Below, one piece after another: positions 19,738 to 30,046 of a DNA stretch of 64,000 nt. The first letter of the stretch is position 1. The number at the start of each line of letters is the position of its first letter. The notes under the pieces were generated by a model that was not told the DNA's origin, ran no database searches, and saw nothing but the letters and a program-made list of their open reading frames with translations. The translations under genes were made by a program, and so were the position numbers. The stretch comes from Alphaproteobacteria bacterium (GTDB lineage: Bacteria; Pseudomonadota; Alphaproteobacteria; GCA-2731375): NCBI GenBank assembly GCA_965232515.1, contig CBDDPY010000002.1, positions 1,024,001 through 1,088,000 of the forward strand. The letters run 5' to 3'.

Positions 19738-20871
19738 ATGGCGACCATGGACACCTCGCAATCCGGTCACGACACACCGGCCGTCCACGTGCCGGCCCCG
19801 GATCTGCCGCCACCGGCAACCGAAGTCGGCATTCTCGGTTGGGCGAAGGCGAACCTGTTTTCGAACTGGTGGAACTCAATCCTGACCCTTGTCGGTCTCT
19901 ATCTTTTCTATCTGGTTCTGCCGCCAATCCTGGACTGGGCCATCTTCTCGGCCGATTTCATCGGCGAGAGCCGCGACGACTGCACCAGCGGCGGGGCTTG
20001 CTGGGTCTTCATCAGCATCCGCTTCGACCAGTTCATCTACGGCTTCTATCCGGAGGCGGAACGCTGGCGCCCGACGCTGGCCGTCGGCGTGGGGCTGCTC
20101 TGTCTGGTTTATTGCCTGACGGACGGCGTGCCGTTCCGCAAATACGTGGCGATGTTCCTGTGCGTTCCGTTCCCGATCATCGCCTTCTTTCTGCTGAGCG
20201 GCGGATTCGGCTTGCCGCACGTCGAAACGCCGAAATGGGGCGGCTTCCTGCTGACCATCGTCATCGCCTCGGTCGGCATCGCGTCGTCGCTGCCGATCGG
20301 CATCGCGCTGGCGCTCGGCCGGCGCTCGCAGATGCCGGTCATCCGCATGATCTGTATCGGCTTCATCGAGTTCGTGCGCGCCGTGCCACTGATCACCGTG
20401 CTGTTCATGTCGCTGGTGATCCTGCCGCTGTTCCTGCCGCCGGGCAGCAACTTCGACCAGCTCCTGCGGGCGCTGATCGGCGTGTCGCTGTTCTCGGCCG
20501 CTTACATGGCCGAGGTGGTGCGCGGCGGTCTGCAGGCCATGCCCAAGGGGCAATACGAGGCGGCCCAGGCGCTCGGCATGAACTACTGGACGATGATGCG
20601 GCTGATCATCCTGCCGCAGGCGCTAAAGATCGTTATTCCTGCGATCGTCAGCAGCTTCATCGGCCTGTTCAAGGACACGACACTGGTGCTGATCATCGGC
20701 CTGGTCGACCTGCTGGCCATGATCCAGCTCGCCGTCACCGACTCCAAGTGGATCGGCCTCGCGACCGAGGGCTACGTCTTCTGCGCCGTCCTGTTCTTCA
20801 TCTTCTGCTTCGGTATGTCGCAGTACTCGATGTACCTGGAGCGGAAGCTGCACACCGGACACAAACGCTGA
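19738..20871 (+). CDS. aapM: Amino acid ABC transporter permease
   Basis: GACW, WGG.LLT, LALGRRS, AYMAEVVRGGLQA, GQYEAA, FKDTTLV. Confidence 0.92.
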   Translation: MATMDTSQSGHDTPAVHVPAPDLPPPATEVGILGWAKANLFSNWWNSILTLVGLYLFYLVLPPILDWAIFSADFIGESRDDCTSGGACWVFISIRFDQFIYGFYPEAERWRPTLAVGVGLLCLVYCLTDGVPFRKYVAMFLCVPFPIIAFFLLSGGFGLPHVETPKWGGFLLTIVIASVGIASSLPIGIALALGRRSQMPVIRMICIGFIEFVRAVPLITVLFMSLVILPLFLPPGSNFDQLLRALIGVSLFSAAYMAEVVRGGLQAMPKGQYEAAQALGMNYWTMMRLIILPQALKIVIPAIVSSFIGLFKDTTLVLIIGLVDLLAMIQLAVTDSKWIGLATEGYVFCAVLFFIFCFGMSQYSMYLERKLHTGHKR

Positions 20872-20916
20872 TCGCACAACGACAACAATCAGCACATCTC
20901 CGAACAGGGAGCTGAC

Positions 20917-21717
20917 ATGAGCCAAATCGACGAACATATGCCGGCGGATCACATCCCCGACCGGTCGAAGATGACCGTTTCCGACGAGGTCGCGATCCAG
21001 ATCGTCGGCATGCACAAGTGGTACGGCTCGTTCCACGTGCTGAAGGACATCAACCTGACGGTCTATCGCGGCGAGCGCATCGTCATCTGCGGTCCCTCGG
21101 GCTCGGGTAAGTCCACCTTGATCCGTTGCCTGAACCGGCTGGAGGAGCACCAGCAGGGGCAGATCGTCGTCGACGACATCGAGTTGACCAACGACCTGAA
21201 GAACATCGACTCGATCCGCCGCGAAGTCGGCATGGTGTTCCAGCACTTCAACCTGTTCCCGCACCTGACGGTGCTGGAGAACTGCACGCTGGCGCCGATC
21301 TGGGTGCGCAAGCAGCCGAAGGCGGAGGCCGAAGAGATCGCCATGCACTATCTGGAGCGTGTGCGCATCCCCGAGCAGGCGATGAAGTATCCGGGCCAGC
21401 TCTCGGGCGGTCAGCAGCAGCGCGTGGCCATCGCGCGGTCGCTGTGCATGAACCCGCGCATCATGCTGTTCGACGAGCCAACCTCGGCGCTCGACCCCGA
21501 GATGATCAAGGAAGTGCTCGATGTGATGATCACGCTGGCGGAGGAGGGCATGACCATGCTCTGCGTCACCCACGAGATGGGTTTCGCCCGCACTGTCGCC
21601 AACCGCGTGATCTTCATGGACGGCGGCGAGATCGTCGAGCAGAACGAGCCGCAGGAGTTCTTCGACAACCCGCGCAGCGACCGCACCAAGTTGTTCCTAA
21701 GTCAGATCCTGCACTGA
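20917..21717 (+). CDS. aapP: Amino acid ABC transporter ATP-binding protein
   Basis: [33 protein letters not shown]. Confidence 0.95.
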   Translation: MSQIDEHMPADHIPDRSKMTVSDEVAIQIVGMHKWYGSFHVLKDINLTVYRGERIVICGPSGSGKSTLIRCLNRLEEHQQGQIVVDDIELTNDLKNIDSIRREVGMVFQHFNLFPHLTVLENCTLAPIWVRKQPKAEAEEIAMHYLERVRIPEQAMKYPGQLSGGQQQRVAIARSLCMNPRIMLFDEPTSALDPEMIKEVLDVMITLAEEGMTMLCVTHEMGFARTVANRVIFMDGGEIVEQNEPQEFFDNPRSDRTKLFLSQILH

Positions 21718-21756
21718 CGCGAATACAGATCCTCGGTCAGCCCGAGGCCGGCAACG

Positions 21757-22551
21757 TCAACTGCCGGCCTTGTGGGCATCCCAGTATTTGGTCGTCAGGC
21801 CCTGCATGACAATGTCGTGGTAGCGCTGCAGGCAACCGCGCAACCCGCTGCCACCAGCGTTCTCGACAATGTTCCAGCAGGCCTCGTACGCCCATAGCGC
21901 CTGCTCATGCCCGGACGAGGCTTCCTCGCCTGCAGCTATCCCGGCCACTTCTTGCCAGAGGCTCTGTCGCTCACTCGGGTCCGGCATGCCATCGGCCGGC
22001 ATGGCATTGACCAGCGCATTCGTAATCCGCGCCGTATCGGCCGACTTGCCACCACGGTCGACGATGACCTGGCCAGCCGTCCGCAAGGGACCGCTCGCCA
22101 TCGCCACTTCCTCTTCCGTGATGGGGTAGGGATCGCCCCGCGACACTTGCGGCGCCAGAGCGACGCGTTCGCCGACGCTGACGGCGATGGCTGTGGCGCC
22201 GTTGTCGGTCAGGACCTCTTGCGGCACCGACAGGCGCAACGCGGAATAACCGCGAACGCTGACGATCTCCAGATCAGCCGCCGGCCGTTCCTGCACTTCC
22301 CCATCGGGTAAGGTCAGAACCAGACGAATATCGGCGTCGCCAATAGCGGTATAGATCGTACCCGCCGCCGGCGACGGACGGTTCTCCTGCAGGCAGAATG
22401 CGCTGAACTCAGCGGCGCAAACGCCGTCGGTACAGGCAAGCACCGTCGGTTTGTCTGTCTCGACCAAAGCGAGAATCTGCGGCGCCGCTTGTGCAGCGGC
22501 CGGCAGCAAGGCACATGAGAACACGAACGCTGCACAGATCGATCGGGACAT
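21757..22551 (-). CDS. Secreted Cys-containing hypothetical protein
   Basis: Signal peptide (AAAQA), GGAGG RBS, fills the gap between genes; no family recognised. Confidence 0.7.
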   Translation of the reverse strand: MSRSICAAFVFSCALLPAAAQAAPQILALVETDKPTVLACTDGVCAAEFSAFCLQENRPSPAAGTIYTAIGDADIRLVLTLPDGEVQERPAADLEIVSVRGYSALRLSVPQEVLTDNGATAIAVSVGERVALAPQVSRGDPYPITEEEVAMASGPLRTAGQVIVDRGGKSADTARITNALVNAMPADGMPDPSERQSLWQEVAGIAAGEEASSGHEQALWAYEACWNIVENAGGSGLRGCLQRYHDIVMQGLTTKYWDAHKAGS

Positions 22552-22670
22552 GGCATGCCTCCTGAACGAATGCGCCGCCCCCTAGCCCTCAGCCGGCGCC
22601 GGTGGGTACAGGTGTCTATGCAAGTGTCGGCCAGATTGGGCACGACCGTCAACGGGGCCGCGAGGCGCGC

Positions 22671-23648
22671 TCAAGATTCCTCAAGAACCGGATCAAAACG
22701 CTGCCAGGGCGACGGCACTTCCTTGCGCCCGATCGGCTGAAATCCGAATCGCTGATACATCGGCAACGCCTTCGGATGATCCAACGTGCAAGTATTGACC
22801 GTCAGGCGCGCCGGCTCGCGAGACCAGGCAATGTCGATGGCCTTGGTCAGCAGGTAAGGGCCGAGGCGCATGCCGATGAAGTCCGGCATGATGCCGAAAT
22901 AGGCGAGATCGATGTCCGGCATCTCGCGCCGATCGAGCTCGAAGAAACCGGCTGGCACGCCGTCGACGTAGAGCACGAAGATATCGACCCGGTCGTTCCG
23001 GATGATTTGCGCCAGCGCATCATCACTGAGCTTCTTGCGATCGGTCCAAATCCAGTCCCGTCCGACGGCATGGTAGAGGAAGCGATAGAAGCCGACCGTC
23101 GGATTGATGGCCTGCAGCAGCGCGAGCTTCTTCGGCGTCGGCGCGACCAACTGCAGGGGCGGGCGCCGGTTCATCTCCAGATATGTGATGACAACGGGCT
23201 CGTCGGTCTTCTGACCGCCGGCCTTCACCGCATTACCATCAAGCCGTTTCGACATCACCTCGCGGGGCTCAACGATGTAGCCCAGCCGTTGATAGAAACC
23301 GATCACCCGCGTGTTGGTGTCGCGGACCATCAGCTCGATCTTCTGCACCCCGGCCTTGTCCAGCCATTTCTCGCAGGCATGCACCATACGTCGACCGAGC
23401 CCCTGTTCCCGTTCGTCGGGATGGGTGGCGACGTACCACATCCAACCGCGGTGGCCGTCATGGCCGACCATGGCGGCGGCGATCAGCCGGTTGTCGCGTT
23501 CGCCGACCAGAATCTCGCCATGCCCACTGTCCCGGCAGAACTGGAAATCCCGCACGGGATCGTTGAGCGGATTGACCAGCAGGTCGGCGGCGTCCCAGAG
23601 CGCGATGACGGCGGCTTCATCGTCCGCCTCGGCGGCGCGGATCTTCAT
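22671..23648 (-). CDS. Tandem GNAT acetyltransferase (YpeA-like N-terminal domain plus a second GNAT domain)
   Basis: MVGHDGHRGW...QGLG...FYQRLGY, then YFGIMPDFIGMRLG...TCTLDHPKALPMYQRFGF. Start set at ATG 23648. Confidence 0.85.
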   Translation of the reverse strand: MKIRAAEADDEAAVIALWDAADLLVNPLNDPVRDFQFCRDSGHGEILVGERDNRLIAAAMVGHDGHRGWMWYVATHPDEREQGLGRRMVHACEKWLDKAGVQKIELMVRDTNTRVIGFYQRLGYIVEPREVMSKRLDGNAVKAGGQKTDEPVVITYLEMNRRPPLQLVAPTPKKLALLQAINPTVGFYRFLYHAVGRDWIWTDRKKLSDDALAQIIRNDRVDIFVLYVDGVPAGFFELDRREMPDIDLAYFGIMPDFIGMRLGPYLLTKAIDIAWSREPARLTVNTCTLDHPKALPMYQRFGFQPIGRKEVPSPWQRFDPVLEES

Positions 23649-23655
23649 CGCGCGA

Positions 23656-24504
23656 TCAAGTGACAACGGGCGTGTCGGCGCGGCTGCCCCATTCGCTCCA
23701 CGAGCCGTCGTAAAGCGAAATGTCGTCACGGCCGATGACGTGCAGGCCCAGCAGCAGCAGCGCCGCCGATATGCCCGACCCACAGGACGTGACGACCGGT
23801 GCGCTGTCGTTGATGCCGGCGGCGCGGAACAGCTTGCTCAGGTCGGCTGGCGGCTTCAGCGTGCCGTCGCCATTCAGCAGATCCGTATAAGGCAGATTGA
23901 AGGCGCCCGGCATGTGTCCACTGCGCATGCCTGCCCGCGGTTCGGGCTCGCGTCCGGTAAAGCGGCCGGCCGAACGCGCGTCGAGGATCTGTTCGTCGGC
24001 GCTCTTGGTCAAGGTCAGGACCTCGTCCACGGAACGCACCATGCCCGGACTGAATTGGGCCGCGAAGGTCGTCGGCAACGTTGCCGGCGGCGCGTCCGTG
24101 ACGGCGTGGCCATCGGCGCGCCACTTGCTCATGCCGCCATCGAGCACGGCGACGTTGTCGTGACCGAAGGCGCGGAACATCCACCAGACCCGGCAGGCGC
24201 CGGTCATCTTGCCACCGTCGTAGCAGACGATCCTGTGGCCGTTGCCGATGCCAAGCATGCCGACCTCGTCGCCGAACTTGGCATTGGTCGGAAACATATG
24301 CGGCAATGGGCTGTTCGTATCGCAGATCCCATCGATGTCGAAGAACACCGCGCCAGGGATATGGGCGGCGTCGTATTCGCCACGCGGACTGCGGTTTTCG
24401 GTCGGCAGATAGAACGATCCATCGACCACGCGCAAATCCGGTGCGCCGAGGTTGTCGGCAAGCCAGTCGGTCGACACAAGCGGACCGAAATTGTTGTCGG
24501 ACAT
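23656..24504 (-). CDS. sseA: 3-mercaptopyruvate sulfurtransferase
   Basis: HIPGAVFFD, RVWWMF, DARSAGRF, active loop CGSGISA, YDGSWSEW. Confidence 0.93.
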   Translation of the reverse strand: MSDNNFGPLVSTDWLADNLGAPDLRVVDGSFYLPTENRSPRGEYDAAHIPGAVFFDIDGICDTNSPLPHMFPTNAKFGDEVGMLGIGNGHRIVCYDGGKMTGACRVWWMFRAFGHDNVAVLDGGMSKWRADGHAVTDAPPATLPTTFAAQFSPGMVRSVDEVLTLTKSADEQILDARSAGRFTGREPEPRAGMRSGHMPGAFNLPYTDLLNGDGTLKPPADLSKLFRAAGINDSAPVVTSCGSGISAALLLLGLHVIGRDDISLYDGSWSEWGSRADTPVVT

Positions 24505-24529
24505 CTTTGGTTTCCTGTCGTCGAAATGC

Positions 24530-25243
24530 CTAGTCGGCGAATGCCAGCGAAACGCGTCGGTTTTGCCGGCCCTTCTTTTCGATCTTGCGCACCAACACGG
24601 CGCCGATCTCGGACGTGTTGCGCACGTGCGTACCGCCGCAGGGCTGCAGATCGCAATCGGCCACGTCGATCAGCCGCACCCGGCCCGCGCCCGTCGGAGG
24701 TTTCACCGACATCGTCTTCACGAGGTCGGGCTTGGCCGCCAGCTCCTCATCGGTGATCCAGGTCGGCGTCACGTCGTGTCCGGCCTGGACCAGAGCATTC
24801 AGCTTCTCGGTGATCTCTTCCTTCGACTGCTCCAGCTCGGGCATATCGAAATCAAGGCGTCCCTTGTCATCGCCAACCTGACCGCCGGTCACCGGAAACG
24901 GCAAGACAGCCGACAGCAGATGCATGCAGGTATGCATGCGCATCATCCGGTAGCGCCGATCCCAGTCGATCGTCGCCGTGACCTGCGCGCCGACATCGGG
25001 CAACGCCTCGCCCTCGGCAGGCACATGAACGATCTCGTCCGGCGTGTCGCCCTTGACCGTGGTCGCAATCCGGATGCTGGTCCCGTCGGCCAAGGTCATC
25101 ATGCCGGTATCACCCGGCTGACCGCCGCCGGTCGGATAGAAAACCGTACGGTCGAGCACGATCCCGCCACGATCGTTGACCGCCGCGACCTCGGCCTCGC
25201 AGGTCTTGAGATAAGCATCGTCGCGGAACAGCGGTTCGGTCAT
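24530..25243 (-). CDS. alaX: Alanyl-tRNA editing protein (AlaX-M)
   Basis: FYPTGGGQPGD, HTCMH (HxxxH), CGGTH; ATGA overlap with cysK. Confidence 0.9.
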   Translation of the reverse strand: MTEPLFRDDAYLKTCEAEVAAVNDRGGIVLDRTVFYPTGGGQPGDTGMMTLADGTSIRIATTVKGDTPDEIVHVPAEGEALPDVGAQVTATIDWDRRYRMMRMHTCMHLLSAVLPFPVTGGQVGDDKGRLDFDMPELEQSKEEITEKLNALVQAGHDVTPTWITDEELAAKPDLVKTMSVKPPTGAGRVRLIDVADCDLQPCGGTHVRNTSEIGAVLVRKIEKKGRQNRRVSLAFAD

Positions 25244-26259
25244 GACATACCTCCCGCCGGATCGAACCAGGGCGGCGTCGGCAAGCCCTTTTCCTTCAGG
25301 AACGCAACGTTGAACATCTTGCTCATGTAGCGCTGCGCACCATCGCAAAGGACGGTGACGATGGTATGGCCGGGGCCCATTTCCTTCGCCATGCGGATCG
25401 CGCCGGCGACGTTCACGCCGCTTGAGCTGCCGAGACAGAGGCCCTCGTGCTGCAGCAGGTCAAAAGCGACCGGCAGCGCCTCCTCGTCAGGGATCTGGAA
25501 CGGCAGATCCACCTCGAGCCCTTCCAGGTTGCCAGTGATGCGGCCCTGGCCGATGCCTTCGGTGATCGAGCTCCCTTCGGCCTTCAGCTCGCCGTGCACA
25601 TAGTAGTTGTAGAGCGCCGCGCCCATGGGATCGGCCATGCCGATCTTCACATCGGGCTTGCGCGCACGCAGCGCCGTCGCGACGCCGGCCAGCGTGCCGC
25701 CGGTGCCGACGGCACAGATGAAACCGTCGACCTTGCCATCGGTCTGTTCCCAGATCTCCGGCCCCGTCGTCTCGATATGACCCTGACGGTTCGCGACGTT
25801 GTCGAACTGATTGGCCCAGATCGCGCCGGCGTCGTGCTTCTCCGCCATTTCGGCGGCAAGGCGCCCGGAATACTTGATGTAGTTGTTGTCGTCGCGATAG
25901 GGCACGGCCGCCACCTCGCGCAGGTCGGCGCCGCAAAGCCGCAGCATGTCCTTCTTTTCTTGCGTCTGCGTCTCCGGGATGACGATGATCGTGCGGTAGC
26001 CGCGCGCGTTCGCGACCAGCGCCAGACCGATGCCGGTATTGCCGGCAGTGCCTTCGACGATAATGCCGCCAGGCCTCAGCAAGCCCTTGGCCTCGGCGTC
26101 CTTGACGATGGCGAGCGCCGCCCGGTCTTTTACCGAGCCGCCGGGGTTGAGGAATTCGGCCTTGCCGTAGATCTCACAACCGGTCAACTCAGAGGCCTGC
26201 TTCAAACGGATGAGCGGCGTGTTGCCGATCGTATCGGTAAAGCCATCACGGACGTTCAT
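25240..26259 (-). CDS. cysK: Cysteine synthase A family PLP enzyme
   Basis: IGNTPL, KAEFLNPGGSVKDR, EGTAGNTG, VGTGGT. Confidence 0.9.
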   Translation of the reverse strand: MNVRDGFTDTIGNTPLIRLKQASELTGCEIYGKAEFLNPGGSVKDRAALAIVKDAEAKGLLRPGGIIVEGTAGNTGIGLALVANARGYRTIIVIPETQTQEKKDMLRLCGADLREVAAVPYRDDNNYIKYSGRLAAEMAEKHDAGAIWANQFDNVANRQGHIETTGPEIWEQTDGKVDGFICAVGTGGTLAGVATALRARKPDVKIGMADPMGAALYNYYVHGELKAEGSSITEGIGQGRITGNLEGLEVDLPFQIPDEEALPVAFDLLQHEGLCLGSSSGVNVAGAIRMAKEMGPGHTIVTVLCDGAQRYMSKMFNVAFLKEKGLPTPPWFDPAGGMS

Positions 26260-26332
26260 GTCGGGTCGATCCTGCGGCGAATGTAAGAAGATCGTGCAAG
26301 CGAAGGAGACTACCTGCCGGCACTGGGCACGA

Positions 26333-26965
26333 TCAAGCGGGTGGACGCATCTCTCGCTGATCGTTTCGCAGCCGGTCGCGGTTCAGCGCCAACCATTGCA
26401 AGGCGATCACGGCGGGACTCGCCACGATCTGACCGTCGTTCATTGCCGCCATGGCGTCGGCGAACGGCACCACGACGACCCGGATGTCCTCGTTCTCATC
26501 GTCCAGTCCGTGAACGCCGCCCGCTTCACTGGCGTCGACCGGCGCGCAATACACGATGATCCGCTCGCTGAGCGTGCCGGGACTGGAGTAGTAGCGCAGA
26601 ACCGGCCATAGCCGAGACAGATGCAGGCCCGCTTCTTCCATTGCTTCGCGCCGAACGGCCGCTTCAGCATCCTCTCCATCGTCGACGGCACCGGCAGGAA
26701 CCTCCAGCATCCAAGGGGCTTCGCCGTTGGCGTATCCCCCGATCCGGAACTGCTCGATCATCACGACCTCGTCGCGGACGGGATCGTAGGGCAGGACGGC
26801 GACGGCATCGCCGCGTTCCAGAACCTCCCGATCGATGGGCGCGCCGATGCCGCCGGCAAACAGCCGGTGCCGCAGTTCGTAGCGGTCGACCCGGTAATAG
26901 CCCTGATAGACCGTTTCCCGCTTGAGGACCTCGACATCGTCGCGGCCGAAACTCGATTTCGTCAT
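26333..26965 (-). CDS. nudF: ADP-ribose pyrophosphatase (Nudix)
   Basis: AVLPYDP, EQFR, Nudix box GAVDDGEDAEAAVRREAMEEAG, SPG, ENEDI. Confidence 0.88.
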   Translation of the reverse strand: MTKSSFGRDDVEVLKRETVYQGYYRVDRYELRHRLFAGGIGAPIDREVLERGDAVAVLPYDPVRDEVVMIEQFRIGGYANGEAPWMLEVPAGAVDDGEDAEAAVRREAMEEAGLHLSRLWPVLRYYSSPGTLSERIIVYCAPVDASEAGGVHGLDDENEDIRVVVVPFADAMAAMNDGQIVASPAVIALQWLALNRDRLRNDQREMRPPA

Positions 26966-26969
26966 CGGA

Positions 26970-28247
26970 TCAACTCAGGTCCTCTTGCGGCGGGACAACA
27001 CGGCGGACGAGGGGGCCGATGGTCAGCCCCTGGACGACAATGGAAAAAACCACCACGCCATAGCAGACGGCAAGGATCACATCCTTCTCGGGCGAAGGTG
27101 GCAAGGATAGGGCCAGCGCCACCGAGATTCCGCCGCGCAGGCCGCCCCAGGTCAGCGCCGGTATGGCGCCTTGCGTGAACTCCCGAAACGCGCCGAGCGC
27201 ACGGATCGGCAGGCCGACCGAAACGAACCGCGCGGCCAGTACAATGGGGATCGCCAGGATCGCGGCCCAGATCACGCCGGCCTCGCCCTTGATCAGCACG
27301 ACTTCCAGGCCGATCAACAGGAACAGGACGGCGTTCAGGATCTCGTCGACGAGAGTCCAGAAATTGTTCAAGTGTTCTCGGGTCGTCTCGCTCATCGCCA
27401 ACCGTGAGCCGTGGTTGCCGATCAGCAGGCCGGCCGCGACCATGGCAATCGGCCCCGACAGATGCAGCATGTGCGCGATCTGGTAAGTTCCGGTCACCAG
27501 CGCCAGCGTGATGATGACCTCGAGGTTGTATTCGTCGATCGAGCGCATGGCGAGAAAGGCGATCAGCCCCGTGCAGAGGCCGAGCGCGGCGCCGCCGACC
27601 GCGTCGCGCAGGAAAAACCCAGCTATGTCGACGGCCTCGAGAGCAACGCCGCCCTGGCCGGCCGCGCCGACGGCGATACCGGCGACGATGGTGAAGACGA
27701 CAACGCCAACGCCGTCATTGAACAGACTCTCGCCGGCGATCTTCGCTTCCAGGCTGTGCGGCACCTTGGCGGTCTTCAGAATGCCGAGCACCGCGACCGG
27801 GTCAGTGGGAGAGATCAGCGCGCCGAACAGCAGGCAATAGATGAACGGCATGTCGATGCCGAGAAGGGCGAAGACCAGCGACATGGCGTAGCCGACCAGA
27901 AACGTCGACAGGACGACGCCGAAGGTGGCCATGAGCGCGATCGCCCATTTGCGGCGCGCCAACTGCGAGATATCGACATGCAGCGCGCCGGCGAAGAGCA
28001 GAAAGCTCAACATGCCGTCCATCAGCGTGCCGGAAAAATCGATCTCCACCAGCAGGGCGCGCAGACCGGCACCCAAGCCCCAGGCCGGCGCGACCGAATC
28101 GATGGCAAGCACCGCGAGCGAGGCGCTGAGCGCGATCAGCACCAGGCCAATGGTGCGCGGCAGCCTCAGAAAACGGTGGTTCAGGTAGCCAAAAACCGCC
28201 GCCAACGTCAGCAGGATGGCGACGTCATTGAGGACGGTCTCGATCAT
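26970..28247 (-). CDS. nhaP: Na+/H+ antiporter, CPA1/NhaP family
   Basis: [32 protein letters not shown]. Confidence 0.9.
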   Translation of the reverse strand: MIETVLNDVAILLTLAAVFGYLNHRFLRLPRTIGLVLIALSASLAVLAIDSVAPAWGLGAGLRALLVEIDFSGTLMDGMLSFLLFAGALHVDISQLARRKWAIALMATFGVVLSTFLVGYAMSLVFALLGIDMPFIYCLLFGALISPTDPVAVLGILKTAKVPHSLEAKIAGESLFNDGVGVVVFTIVAGIAVGAAGQGGVALEAVDIAGFFLRDAVGGAALGLCTGLIAFLAMRSIDEYNLEVIITLALVTGTYQIAHMLHLSGPIAMVAAGLLIGNHGSRLAMSETTREHLNNFWTLVDEILNAVLFLLIGLEVVLIKGEAGVIWAAILAIPIVLAARFVSVGLPIRALGAFREFTQGAIPALTWGGLRGGISVALALSLPPSPEKDVILAVCYGVVVFSIVVQGLTIGPLVRRVVPPQEDLS

Positions 28248-28296
28248 GGCGGGTCTTGAACAGCGCTCGGCGTGGCGGATCGTCCGACCGGCGGCA

Positions 28297-28617
28297 TCAA
28301 TTCATGCCCGTGCGTCGGCGGATGTACCGGTCGCCGTCTCGGCCCTCGAATAGCTGCTCCAGCAGCGGATGGCGGATCGGATCGCCACTGTCGTCGGGGT
28401 CGAGGTTGCGCTCGGCCACGTAGGTGGTGTGCGAGGCGTCGTGGACCAGGACGTGGTACCAGGGCCGGTCTTTCGGCGGCCGCGACCGGGCCATCTGCTC
28501 GTACCATTCCTCCGTACCGCGGAAATCGGGATCGACGTCATAGACGACGCCGCGATAGCCGAACAGCTTGTGCCGAACGGCCTCGCCGATGCCAAACCGG
28601 GCCTCCAACGTCGCCAT
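28297..28617 (-). CDS. hspQ: Heat shock protein HspQ
   Basis: [38 protein letters not shown]. Confidence 0.9.
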   Translation of the reverse strand: MATLEARFGIGEAVRHKLFGYRGVVYDVDPDFRGTEEWYEQMARSRPPKDRPWYHVLVHDASHTTYVAERNLDPDDSGDPIRHPLLEQLFEGRDGDRYIRRRTGMN

Positions 28618-28712
28618 CTGCCTGACCGTGTGCTCTTTTTTCTTGCCAATCCGCCGTCGAGATCGATCTCATATCACAGCTTTATGCGCCCAGCGAAGGG
28701 AAGGTCCGACCC

Positions 28713-29153
28713 ATGCCGCGGATGCTGTCGTCTTTGATCGTCTGTCTTGCTCTGCTTTTCGGAGCCTCGCACGTGGTGCGTGCCGATCCGGCCGGCGTCA
28801 CCGCGGCCGACCGCGCCGCTATGCAGAACGTGATCCAGCAACAGATGGATGCCTTCCGACGTGACGATGGCCAGACGGCGTTTTCGTTCGCATCGCCGGA
28901 TATCCGCCGCATGTTTCAGACGCCCGAGACCTTCATGTCGATGGTGCGGCAGGGCTACGCCCCGGTCTATCGTCCACGCGAGGTCGAGTTCCGCGAGGTT
29001 ATCGAACGCGACGGAAAGGTCGTTCAGCGGGTCTACGTGGTCGGGCCGGACGGCGTACCGGTTATTGCGCTCTACATAATGGAACGACAGTCGAACGGCA
29101 TCTGGAAAATCGGTGGTTGCACACTGTTGAAGTCGGATGACGTGACGGCATAG
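28713..29153 (+). CDS. DUF4864-family exported protein
   Basis: Signal peptide; VIQQQMDAFRRDD...AFSFASP...FMSMVRQGYAPVYRP...WKIGGC. Confidence 0.8.
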   Translation: MPRMLSSLIVCLALLFGASHVVRADPAGVTAADRAAMQNVIQQQMDAFRRDDGQTAFSFASPDIRRMFQTPETFMSMVRQGYAPVYRPREVEFREVIERDGKVVQRVYVVGPDGVPVIALYIMERQSNGIWKIGGCTLLKSDDVTA

Positions 29154-29215
29154 CATTCGCTAATATTCGGCCTTTCCGCTGCGTTAACTATGTTTGAAAA
29201 AATTGTCCTCTGACG

Positions 29216-29244
29216 TGATCCGGATTGGCTGGCCTGTCGTAAGA
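29216..29244 (+). promoter_or_regulatory. sigmaE (ECF11, RpoE-ChrR) promoter upstream of chrR
   Basis: TGATCC-N18-TAAGA (preceded by CG) matches the Rhodobacter sigmaE promoter consensus. Confidence 0.8.
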
Positions 29245-29299
29245 GGATTACCTGCGAAATTGCCTCGGGCTACGGCCCGACCCATGGCGTGTTGAGTAG

Positions 29300-29959
29300 A
29301 TGCCGACACATCATTTGAGCGACGAACTGCTGCTGGACTATGCCGCCGGCAACCTGGATGCGATGACCGGCATGCTGGTCGCGACACATCTTGCATTGTG
29401 CCCGAGTTGCCGGGCGGCCGTGGCTGATTTCGACCGGTTCGGCGGTTCGCTGCTGGAGACGTTACCGGCGGCAGATCTGACCGATGGCGCGCTCGATCGC
29501 GCGATGACGGCTATCGACGGCGTGCCTGTCGAGCCACCGCGTGCGACCGGAACCGCAAGCGGTCATCCCACCGCCGATTTGCTGCCGCGGCCGTTGCGCG
29601 ACGTAGTCGGCGACGACGTTGCGGCGCTCGACTGGCGCCGCCGGTTTCCGGGCGTTCAGGAAGTCTTTATCGCCACATCGCCGGATGGGCCGACAGCATC
29701 CCTGCTGCGCATTCAGGCCGGGCGCGCGGTACCACGACACACCCACCAGGGCGAAGAATACACGATGGTGCTGAGCGGCGGGTTCACCGACCATCTTGGC
29801 AGCTTTCGGCGTGGAGATGTGGCGATCACCGACGATACGGTTCAGCATCGTCCGGTCGCGGACCTGGACGGCGATTGCCTATGTCTCGCCGTCACCGACG
29901 CGCCGCTGCATTTCTCCGGACCGCTGGGATGGCTGATCAATCCGTTCCTGCGCGCCTGA
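29300..29959 (+). CDS. chrR: ChrR anti-sigma-E factor (ZAS + cupin)
   Basis: HHLSDELLLDYAAG, HLALCPSC (HxxxCxxC), cupin HTHQGEE...HRP. Confidence 0.92.
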   Translation: MPTHHLSDELLLDYAAGNLDAMTGMLVATHLALCPSCRAAVADFDRFGGSLLETLPAADLTDGALDRAMTAIDGVPVEPPRATGTASGHPTADLLPRPLRDVVGDDVAALDWRRRFPGVQEVFIATSPDGPTASLLRIQAGRAVPRHTHQGEEYTMVLSGGFTDHLGSFRRGDVAITDDTVQHRPVADLDGDCLCLAVTDAPLHFSGPLGWLINPFLRA

Positions 29960-30046
29960 CCGACCGTCGGGGCCGGATTGACGTCTGCGGCCTCGCATGC
30001 AAATCAATGCCCATGATCGGACCCGCCCTACCGGGAGGAGACCAAG

